IMG/VR virus record: IMGVR_UViG_3300009431_000004
DNA length: 64,000 bases
Origin: a virus
Reading direction: 5' to 3' (one strand)
The notes under the pieces are model-generated. The model had not been told where the DNA came from and did not search any database. It saw only the letters and a program-made list of their open reading frames with translations. Positions 29,294 to 37,376 of the stretch are shown here, in pieces. Numbering within the stretch: position 1 is the first letter of the stretch; each line of letters opens with the position of its first letter. The position numbers were made by a program, and so were the translations under genes.

Positions 29294-30652
29294 GAAGAAG
29301 AACTCGGAAGCATCTTCCCCAACCACGGGCCTTGGCACCTGCACGCCGAGTCTGTCCACAGTCACCATGTAATCCTGACCCGTGACTGCTTGGGCCATTC
29401 GGTTGCGAATTCTCAGGAGACTGGGGGCGGCCCGCACCTGAGTCGCCACATGCGCCGGGTCCACGAATCCGACCGGGCCGCCGTTGCTCCCCAGAACTGT
29501 CTTGAGGCGGTAATTGCCCGCGTTCGGCCCGGTCGTGAAGGTCAGGATGTCCCCCTCGGGGGCCAGCGCCCAGTTCTGGGACGGGTCCGTGATGACATCC
29601 CCGGACACCGTAGCGGTCCCTGAGAGGCCGCTAACGGTCGTGTACGCCCTCGCAGTAGTGTCGTCCCCTACTGGGAAGACCCGGATTTCCTCGACCCTGT
29701 AGCGGCCTACCCAGCCCTCATCCGTGGAGCTGGCATCCGTGGCGTTCGGCCCGGACAGAATCGTGAGGACGGCTCCGGGTGCAATCGAGGTGAAGTCCCG
29801 ATTGGCATCGCTGAACAGGGAACGGTCTGTCAGGGTGATTCCGTCGGTCCCCGTGACCCGCTCCGCTCCGAGGCAGAACTTCCGTAAGTCGTCGTAATGA
29901 TAGATGTCGTAGTCGAACGCCATCGTGTCGGAGAACAGCGTCCCGAAGGACTCCCGGAACAAGTGCCGGTAGTCGTAAAGGGTGTGGGCCGCCTTCAAGG
30001 CCCGCATCACGATGGAGACATTACTCAGGAGGACGAAGGGGTCGTCCGGGAAGTCTTCGAGCGTGATGGTTTCTTCACCGACTACGAGGGTCCGCGAGCC
30101 GGTGACGTTCACCTCGAAGGTGAACTGGTCCGCAGGCCCCCATGCTGAGTTCGGTGTCGTGCGGGCGGCCACGGACTTCTCGATGACTTCGACGAGGGCG
30201 TCGGTGAGCAGCTCGACCCCTTCCTTCACCGTCGCGGCTGTCGCTCCTTGCAGAAGCAGGATGACCATCCTCTTGAGGAACTGCCGATAGGTGAGGTCGC
30301 CTTCCAGCTCGGGCCAGCCATCTGACTCGGCATCCGGGAACACGAGCGCCCCGAGAATCTGATAGAGGACCTCGGACCGGGTGTAGTCGTACACCGAGTC
30401 GGCCCAGACCTCCTGCGCGGAAATCTGGAACGAGGCAATCTGTTCGGCAGCCGCCTGATACTGAAGGGTGTAGTTCGGCCCCGTCACCTGCGAGACGTAG
30501 TTGCTCGGCAGGAGCTTGAGGAACACCTCCATGATGCGGTCCACCTGTGAACCCACCGCGTTCTTGCGGCCCTGACTGTCCTCGTCGAAGGGTGCAGGGT
30601 TCTGGGGGACCAGACCCGGAAGCGTCGTTTTGTCTTCTGGCCTGTCTGCCAT
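29288..30652 (-). CDS. Baseplate wedge protein, P2 gpI-like (454 aa)
   Basis: Follows the J-like gene; LLPSNY...YRQFL...QGAT...LKAAHT corresponds to the gpI K-P-A-H-T pattern. Confidence 0.7.
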   Translation of the reverse strand: MADRPEDKTTLPGLVPQNPAPFDEDSQGRKNAVGSQVDRIMEVFLKLLPSNYVSQVTGPNYTLQYQAAAEQIASFQISAQEVWADSVYDYTRSEVLYQILGALVFPDAESDGWPELEGDLTYRQFLKRMVILLLQGATAATVKEGVELLTDALVEVIEKSVAARTTPNSAWGPADQFTFEVNVTGSRTLVVGEETITLEDFPDDPFVLLSNVSIVMRALKAAHTLYDYRHLFRESFGTLFSDTMAFDYDIYHYDDLRKFCLGAERVTGTDGITLTDRSLFSDANRDFTSIAPGAVLTILSGPNATDASSTDEGWVGRYRVEEIRVFPVGDDTTARAYTTVSGLSGTATVSGDVITDPSQNWALAPEGDILTFTTGPNAGNYRLKTVLGSNGGPVGFVDPAHVATQVRAAPSLLRIRNRMAQAVTGQDYMVTVDRLGVQVPRPVVGEDASEFFFR

Positions 30653-30654
30653 CT

Positions 30655-30912
30655 CTACTCGTATGCCCCGGCCAATTCACCGAAGCAGCCATGCTGCCAA
30701 CCCACCCAGTCCTTGTATCGCCAACGCAACGCCTCCCCGGCAGAGGCCACGATGCCCCACAGGGTATGGAACTCCCAGTAGGAGGGGGTGTTGTTCAGGA
30801 CCATCTCCCTCACCGTCAATCCGGCGGGGACTGAAGCTCCGAGAATCCACGGCAGCTCGGTTCGTTGCCCGGCTGCATCGGCCAGAACTAAAATTGCCAT
30901 CGGGGCAGCCAT
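30655..30912 (-). CDS. Small Trp-rich hypothetical protein (85 aa)
   Basis: Exactly fills the gap between J-like and I-like genes (TGATG overlap upstream, 2-nt gap downstream). Confidence 0.55.
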   Translation of the reverse strand: MAAPMAILVLADAAGQRTELPWILGASVPAGLTVREMVLNNTPSYWEFHTLWGIVASAGEALRWRYKDWVGWQHGCFGELAGAYE

Positions 30913-33900
30913 CAGTTACCGCGCCTCCCCTTCACCAGCGCCGAGAAGTCCGTGTCCTCGTCGTAGCTGAAGTCCAAGTCCCCGAGTTGCAGGTACTCCG
31001 TCGGCCCCGGTTCGATGTTCTTGACCCCGGTGTCCCCGTAGACCATGTAGGTCACGGTCCACTCGTTCGTCGTGGGGTCATCCCCCGTGACCACTGTGAC
31101 CAGCACACGCCGGGCCGTAATCTGCTGTCGCAGGGTGTCCAGCTCGTCCCCGCTGGCCAGCGGGTATTCGGCGGCCAGCGTCGCGTCGTCGCTGAAGCCG
31201 GGAATGTTCAAGCCGTCGTTGCCGATGATGTAGGCACCCATGGCTGCGTACTTGAGCGGCACCCCGTTGTAGTTCGGGGGCGTGTCGAACAGGGTGAACG
31301 CCACCTCGTCGCGGAACACGCCGCGAGGCTCATTGAAGGAACCCCCGCCGTCGATGGTGCCGCTCTCCAAGGCCACGTCCACTCCGAGCAGGTAGACCTT
31401 CACGAGGTCGCTGGACCACGCCGTGATGAGTTCAACGTCGGTGTCCTCTCCGGTCCGCATGACCTCCCGGACCACCATGGAGCCGTCCGTCTTGGCCATC
31501 TTGACCAGCGGCGTCACCACGTAGGACACATCGGTCGCCTGTTCGATGACCCCGATAATGTCCGACTGGCGGAGGGGCTGCCCGAGGGAGACGGCCCCGA
31601 ACAGGCGTGAGAGGTTCGTCCGTACCGCGCTGTCCACGACATCCTTGGACTTGCCCTTCACCATGACGATGGTGCCGGAGATGTCCACGCCCGTCGGGAG
31701 GGCGTCCTTCACGAGGACATCCGCCGTGACGTGCCTCATGGACCGGATGGCGTTCTGGGCCACGGCCACGAGGGCGTTGGACTGGTACGTGACCACGAAG
31801 TTCTCATCGTGCTGGTAGTCCACGATGACGGTGGTCCCCTCCTCGATACGGGAGTCGTCGGTCAGGACGAACGCGAGCGGGTTCTCGCCCTCCTCGTCGA
31901 GGAAGGTGAAGTCCTGCACGTCTCCCGGATGGAAGGGGCCGTAATACTCCGTAACACGGTCCACGGTGTAGATTCTGACCGTGGTCTTGTTGGCCCCGAG
32001 GCTGTTCAGGTACTCCGGGCCTTCGAGGATGACATGCTCCTCTCCCGTGACCACGATGGGGTCGCCCGAGGGAACTTCGATGGGTTCGGTCCCGTCCGTG
32101 GGGACGACGACCTGCACGTAGTCCCCAGCCTCGGAGGACCTTCCCATGAGCAGGGGAAGCCCTGTGAACAGCCGGTAGGCGCTGGGGTCAATGACCCCCG
32201 AGCGGGTTGGGTCGCCCGCAAACGTGACAATTTCCCGGACCGGCTGCCGGGTGAAGATGTGCTTGTTGCTCGTGCGGTAGCGGTACGACCCCCGGAACAC
32301 ATCCGTCAAGGAGATGTTCACCGGGTCGTTGTTGGCCTGCGAGAGCTGGATGCCGTCCGGCGCGATGACCTGCACGTCGGTCAGGTCGAACACGAAGCCC
32401 GTGGTGTGGTCCTCGAACACGAAATCCCAGTCAGGGTTGTCCAGCATCTCAATGAGCGGGTTGTCGTCCGACAAGGCATCGTCGATGGCCCGGAATTGGA
32501 GGTTCTGGATGTCCCCGACCGGCTCGAACTGCTGGTTGAACCTGAAGTCGAACCTGAAGGCGAAGCCGTCCGTGAGCGTCGCAAGGCTCTCGCCCCGGCA
32601 CCACACATCCACCTTGCCGCCCGTGTGCTTCTCGTAGTCGGAGTCCCAGTCACGCATCATCAGGGCATGGCCCGCGTCCACCACGTTGACCTGCCGAACG
32701 CCCGGCACGTCGATGGTGGTCTGCACGTAGCCCCGGTAGGTGCCGGAGTCCACGGCGGACAGAAGCCCGTCGGCACGGGTGGCCAGCTCCCGGTTCGTCT
32801 CCGCGTTGCGCCCGCCGAAGGTGTAGCCCTCGTTGACGACCTGAACTCCCGGAGGCCCGTTCAGCAGCGACTTGATTTGGCCCGGAGCAAGGTTCCCCGC
32901 CTCTCCGGCGTCTTCGGCTTGGATAAACACCCGCGTCGAGTAGCGGCCCGTCTGGGGGTTGTACGTCGTCCCGGCACCCGTGGCTGCGATGGCCCCTGCC
33001 GAGGTGAGCCGGAAGTTGATGCCCCCGCCGGTCGCCTGCATCCCGATGACGAGCTGCTGTGTCGTCGTCGGCTGGGTGGTCATGTAGGCCGTCACCTCGC
33101 CGCGAGCGCGGTAGCCGGTCCGGCGGACGGCCCCTCTCCGGGCGGCCAGAGCGTCGAAGGCGTTGTCGATGACGAGCTGGGTGTCGGCGTCGGACTGAAG
33201 GAAGAACGCCTGCTTCAGGGCCACCTTGTAAGGAGACTGGTTCACCGGCAACGAAGTCCCGGAGTTGCCGGGGTCGTCGATGGCCAGCAACGAGGAGAAG
33301 CTCTGGGCAGCCTGCACGAACCCCAGAACGAATCGGATACGCTCCGCCTCGGTTGCGAACGGGTCGATGAAGGTATCCCGCAGGGGTGCGCCCGGCTTGA
33401 TGTCCAGCTCGGGCTGCGAACGGAAGATGGCCAGAGCGGTGTCCCGGACCACCTGCTGGTGGGTGACAGGGGGCAGCAACGCCAACGTCGGGGTGATGAT
33501 GAGCGGCGCGGCTGCCAGTTCCGGGCTGAAGACCGACTCGTACTCGTCTCCACCAATGAGGTAGACCGCCGTGACGACGTAGTACAGGGGGTCTTGGTCC
33601 GGGAGCGCAAGGAACGCCGAATTCGGGATGGCCGGATTGTCCGACGAGGTTGTGGTGGACCGCCGGTCGTGGGTGAATGAGAACATCTGCACCCGGCGCA
33701 CGGACTCCACGGTCACGGTGGTCTTGAGGTGTGTCACCACCTCGGGAATCGGGAAGGCTTGGTTGTAGTCGGTCTGGAAGACAGTCCCGATGCGGTCCAC
33801 CTGCTGGCCGATGACGTTCAGGTACAGCGGGTCCGCTGCGGGTTCCCCGTCGGCGTTGGTGGCCACGGTGGCGTCCACCGTGAGGTCCCCCAGCTCGTCT

Positions 33901-34430
33901 GTTTCCTCGGTGGTGTTGCTGGAAACGACCATCTCCGGGTTGATGCGGAAGTACCCGGCGGTCCCTCCTCCGGGGTCGGTAGAGGCGTAGAAGTGATACC
34001 CGACGACGTTGGAATCGACCAGTCCCTCGCACATGATTTGGACCGTGTGGTCCCGCTTCTCGATGGACACCCCGGACGGGGCCAGAATCCCGGCCTTCAC
34101 GTCCCGGTCGAGGGCCAGCCGGGCGTTGACCGTGCCGACCGCAGTTGTCTCACCGTTCGAGAGGACAGCCCGCACCTCGATGATGTTGTCGCCGGGGTAC
34201 AGCTCCAAGCCAGCCGGGAAGGCCGACGGGTTGGGGATGGTGAACTCCGTCCCCTCGAAGATGATGGAGTCGGGGTCCGAGGTGAAGCCGCCGCTCCGGA
34301 TGGACACCTGTATGTCTACCGTGTCGGGGTCAGTTGTCCCCCGGAAGAATCGCGTCGAGATGTCCGTGGAGAAGATGTACTCACTTCTCAGCACTCCATC
34401 CGGCCCGTAGAACTGGGGCGTGTTCGCCAT
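30912..34430 (-). CDS. Baseplate J-like wedge protein (T4 gp6/P2 gpJ family, 1172 aa) with N-terminal Ig/FN3-like extension
   Basis: DIKPGAPLRD, GEAGNLAPGQI, GGRNAETNRELATRA, VPGVRQVNVV, GGKVDVW, LGQPLRQSDII. Confidence 0.9.
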   Translation of the reverse strand: MANTPQFYGPDGVLRSEYIFSTDISTRFFRGTTDPDTVDIQVSIRSGGFTSDPDSIIFEGTEFTIPNPSAFPAGLELYPGDNIIEVRAVLSNGETTAVGTVNARLALDRDVKAGILAPSGVSIEKRDHTVQIMCEGLVDSNVVGYHFYASTDPGGGTAGYFRINPEMVVSSNTTEETDELGDLTVDATVATNADGEPAADPLYLNVIGQQVDRIGTVFQTDYNQAFPIPEVVTHLKTTVTVESVRRVQMFSFTHDRRSTTTSSDNPAIPNSAFLALPDQDPLYYVVTAVYLIGGDEYESVFSPELAAAPLIITPTLALLPPVTHQQVVRDTALAIFRSQPELDIKPGAPLRDTFIDPFATEAERIRFVLGFVQAAQSFSSLLAIDDPGNSGTSLPVNQSPYKVALKQAFFLQSDADTQLVIDNAFDALAARRGAVRRTGYRARGEVTAYMTTQPTTTQQLVIGMQATGGGINFRLTSAGAIAATGAGTTYNPQTGRYSTRVFIQAEDAGEAGNLAPGQIKSLLNGPPGVQVVNEGYTFGGRNAETNRELATRADGLLSAVDSGTYRGYVQTTIDVPGVRQVNVVDAGHALMMRDWDSDYEKHTGGKVDVWCRGESLATLTDGFAFRFDFRFNQQFEPVGDIQNLQFRAIDDALSDDNPLIEMLDNPDWDFVFEDHTTGFVFDLTDVQVIAPDGIQLSQANNDPVNISLTDVFRGSYRYRTSNKHIFTRQPVREIVTFAGDPTRSGVIDPSAYRLFTGLPLLMGRSSEAGDYVQVVVPTDGTEPIEVPSGDPIVVTGEEHVILEGPEYLNSLGANKTTVRIYTVDRVTEYYGPFHPGDVQDFTFLDEEGENPLAFVLTDDSRIEEGTTVIVDYQHDENFVVTYQSNALVAVAQNAIRSMRHVTADVLVKDALPTGVDISGTIVMVKGKSKDVVDSAVRTNLSRLFGAVSLGQPLRQSDIIGVIEQATDVSYVVTPLVKMAKTDGSMVVREVMRTGEDTDVELITAWSSDLVKVYLLGVDVALESGTIDGGGSFNEPRGVFRDEVAFTLFDTPPNYNGVPLKYAAMGAYIIGNDGLNIPGFSDDATLAAEYPLASGDELDTLRQQITARRVLVTVVTGDDPTTNEWTVTYMVYGDTGVKNIEPGPTEYLQLGDLDFSYDEDTDFSALVKGRRGN

Positions 34431-34431
34431 G

Positions 34432-35634
34432 CTATCTCCCGCTGTTCAACTGAAGGCGACTGCCACCGGGAACGTAAATCGTCCGTGCTTCTTCGGCACT
34501 CAGGCCCGCCTGCTCGGTCCCCAACATCAGGCCATTGCTCCCCATGAGCGCCACCACGTCCGGGACTGTGAACACGATGTTCAGGTTGACCGGCTGCCCC
34601 GAAGCGTTCTGCACCGCGACCCCAATCATGAAGGTGGTCGGGTCTTGCTCGTGCGGCAACACCTCCACGTTCAGGACCGAGTAGAGACGCTCCTTGTAGG
34701 TGACGGTCTGGTACTTGGCCTGCTCCTCCTGAAGGGACTCCAACCGGGAAAGCGCCCGCCGGACATCCTCGCTGATGACAGAGGACACCCCGGACAGCGA
34801 CTTGCTGCCGATACGCGAGCGGAGCTGGGTGCCGTACCACGGATGGTACGGGTTGCTCCCACGGTCGGTCAGGAGAATCTTGAGGACGGCCTGATACAGC
34901 AGGTCTTCGTTCTCGATGAGGACGGACAGCCCGCTCGTGTCGTACCGGAAGTCGTTTTCGATGTAGCCCCCGCCACACCGGAGACACCGCTGGGGAGGCG
35001 TCGTGTACGTGACCTTGAATCGGGGGTTGTTGCGAATGACCCCCCTGAACTGGGGATAGCGGTTGGTGATTTCGTCCGGGCGGATTACGAGTTCCCAGCC
35101 GGGATAGAGCTGCTGGCCGGTGGCACGCCACTGGTAGTTGACGCCTCCGCAGTTGCCCACTCCCGTCGGCGCACCGAACCCCAACGAGACTGCGGCGGTT
35201 CCGCTGACCTTGATGAAGGAGTCGATGCCGACCTTATTGGTGTCCGAGAACAGGAGATGCCCGTTCACGTCTTCCGGGAGAATCGAGCTGATAAGCCCCT
35301 GCTTGAGAATCTCCTTGATGACCTGCTCGGCGGTCCAACGCTGGGTGCCTCGAACGCCGAAGGTGATGGTCGAGCTGCCCCCGGAGGACTCGATGGTCAG
35401 GGTGTCCTCGTTCTCCACGAGGTCGTAGGGACCGGAGATTGCACCGTAGAGCTGGGCGACGGAGAACAGGCCACCTTGCGGGATGAACAGCTCATTGTTG
35501 ACGAGGATACGCACCAGCCCGGAAGCAGCCACAGGCTGCCGGGTATCAAGAGAACGTCTGTCGCTCCCTAGAGCCACCACCTCCTCCACTGTGAAGTGGG
35601 GACATGGCCAAGCAAGCGCGAAATCCCGACTCAT
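34432..35634 (-). CDS. gp25-like sheath initiator/baseplate protein (400 aa) with N-terminal extension
   Basis: LYQAVLKILLTDRGSNPYHPWYGTQLRSRIG gp25/gpW signature; directly upstream of the J-like gene. Confidence 0.85.
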   Translation of the reverse strand: MSRDFALAWPCPHFTVEEVVALGSDRRSLDTRQPVAASGLVRILVNNELFIPQGGLFSVAQLYGAISGPYDLVENEDTLTIESSGGSSTITFGVRGTQRWTAEQVIKEILKQGLISSILPEDVNGHLLFSDTNKVGIDSFIKVSGTAAVSLGFGAPTGVGNCGGVNYQWRATGQQLYPGWELVIRPDEITNRYPQFRGVIRNNPRFKVTYTTPPQRCLRCGGGYIENDFRYDTSGLSVLIENEDLLYQAVLKILLTDRGSNPYHPWYGTQLRSRIGSKSLSGVSSVISEDVRRALSRLESLQEEQAKYQTVTYKERLYSVLNVEVLPHEQDPTTFMIGVAVQNASGQPVNLNIVFTVPDVVALMGSNGLMLGTEQAGLSAEEARTIYVPGGSRLQLNSGR

Positions 35635-36422
35635 GCCTTGACCTTCCTACGCTGTGCCGCTCGCCGGGCTTCGGTCCAAGGAATCCCCTTACGGGCGGCG
35701 CTCATCCTCCGGCAAGTGGCTTCACTGCGCTTGAGGCCCGTTATCTTTTGACGCTGTTCCTCTGACCAACGTCGCCCACGATTGGCCTCCCCAATCTTGC
35801 GTTTCGTCTCGGGGCTTTGGGTCGAACCCGTCCTCGCTGCAATCGCGGCCAAGGGGGGCTGACCTTTCTTTGCATCCGAAATCGCCTGTTTATGGGCCGC
35901 TGACATTGACCCTTTTGGCACCCCTCTCTGGGCTTCAGCAACTCTCTCCCGATGTCTTTGAGTCGGGACATACCCCGAGTCTAGTGCCGCCTTCACCATC
36001 TTTGGTTGGAAAGTCGGGTCCGCCACCAGCCTCCGACGAGTCGCATCCCCAATCTTTGCCCGAGCTTCAGCGTTTGGGGTATAGCCTTTGAAGCTGCCCG
36101 CAGTCGGGAGAGTATTCATGCCCTTCTGACCGCACGCATCGCAAGCATCCATATAGTGCTGTTCACGGACCGCCAACTGGTCCGGGTCGGGGACCTCCTC
36201 CAATATCCGAAATGTAAAGGAATCCCCGCCGTAAAGGTCCCACGCCTTCTGAAGTCTGGGGCATCCTCTCCCCGCCCTTAGCTCCTTCACATGGTCCCGC
36301 CAGCGCCCTCGGATTCGACGGGATTGCCCAACGTACACCTGCCCGGAAGCAGCACAGGTAATCTGGTAGACCCCCATCTCGGGGAGGTCATAGGGCCAAG
36401 CCAGTTGAAAATCCTTCGCCAT
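35631..36422 (-). CDS. GIY-YIG homing endonuclease with NUMOD3 repeats (263 aa)
   Basis: GVYQI...YVGQS...RW...REQ...GMN catalytic pattern; SPETKRKIG and SAAHKQAIS repeats; ATGA overlap with the gp25-like start. Confidence 0.9.
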   Translation of the reverse strand: MAKDFQLAWPYDLPEMGVYQITCAASGQVYVGQSRRIRGRWRDHVKELRAGRGCPRLQKAWDLYGGDSFTFRILEEVPDPDQLAVREQHYMDACDACGQKGMNTLPTAGSFKGYTPNAEARAKIGDATRRRLVADPTFQPKMVKAALDSGYVPTQRHRERVAEAQRGVPKGSMSAAHKQAISDAKKGQPPLAAIAARTGSTQSPETKRKIGEANRGRRWSEEQRQKITGLKRSEATCRRMSAARKGIPWTEARRAAQRRKVKA

Positions 36423-36440
36423 CTTCGCGCCTACGTTTCC

Positions 36441-36471
36441 TCATTGAATGGACCATATAGGCTAGACACCG
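36441..36471 (-). promoter_or_regulatory. Putative late promoter motif, site E
   Basis: CGGTG-TCTAGC-CTAT-ATGGTCCATTCAA-TGA. Confidence 0.65.
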
Positions 36472-36477
36472 CCCGGC

Positions 36478-37368
36478 CTATCCGCCCATCGGGTCACGGT
36501 TCTCCGACGACACATCGGGGAACGTGAATTCGAGGAACGGCACCTTGCCCTGATTGGCCCGGAAAGCAATCACCTCTCCGTCGTTGTCCGTCTCGTAGAG
36601 CATCTCGTACATATCCTGAATCAGCACTTGCATCCGAAGGTCAGGGGAGAACCTATTGGAATCGAACTCGCTGACCCCAGAGAGCGCCCCGCCAAAAGCC
36701 TGCACCAGAACCTCATCCCGCTCCTTTTCCAGTTGCTCCCGAAGGTCACAGAGCTTGATGATTTGCCACTCGATGTCCTGCAAGCGTTCCTTGATTTCCT
36801 GATTCGCCCAGCTCCGAATCTGGTGCATGTACCGGACGACCGAGTTGGAGTCGAAGTTGCCCCGGTCCTGCCGCCCGCCCTGTCGAGCTGGGTAGTAGCT
36901 GTCCGCATCGACCCATCCGCCCCTGTAGGAGCCGTAGCCCGTCTCTTTGCCCTCAACGGCAATCGGGTCGTTGTAGTCTGTCGAGATGGGAGCCACGATG
37001 CCCCCGTGAGGATAGACCCGGTGGACCTTGACCCCGCCGTCGGCATCCTCTGAAACGATTTCGGTGCTGTCCGGGTGCATGAAGGGGGAGATGTCCAGCG
37101 GGTTGCCCCCATTGGCCACGTAGGCTTGGCAGAGCCTCCCCAGTGAAGACCCTTCCGTGACGGAGAAGCCGATGCGCTCCTCCGTGGCTTTCGTCTCACC
37201 GTCCTCCGTGGTCAGCTTGTAGGCCACGGTCACGAACCCAATGCGTTCGACCTCGGCGTCAATCGCCCCGACACGAGCGGACACAGCCTTCCGGTTCCGC
37301 AGGAGCCAGCTCGTGGTGGCCCTGAAGTAACCGACCGGCCAGACGCTCATTTTCGAGAAGGACGCCAC
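36478..37368 (-). CDS. Hypothetical tail-module protein (296 aa) with coiled-coil segment
   Basis: GTG start after GGAGG; in-operon position. Confidence 0.7.
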   Translation of the reverse strand: MASFSKMSVWPVGYFRATTSWLLRNRKAVSARVGAIDAEVERIGFVTVAYKLTTEDGETKATEERIGFSVTEGSSLGRLCQAYVANGGNPLDISPFMHPDSTEIVSEDADGGVKVHRVYPHGGIVAPISTDYNDPIAVEGKETGYGSYRGGWVDADSYYPARQGGRQDRGNFDSNSVVRYMHQIRSWANQEIKERLQDIEWQIIKLCDLREQLEKERDEVLVQAFGGALSGVSEFDSNRFSPDLRMQVLIQDMYEMLYETDNDGEVIAFRANQGKVPFLEFTFPDVSSENRDPMGG

Positions 37369-37376
37369 ACTACCTC

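Noticed and set aside
35631-36422. GIY-YIG gene as a group I intron in the gp25-like gene
   Set aside because: The ORF fills the whole interval, leaving no room for a ribozyme core, and the downstream gene already has its own complete start.
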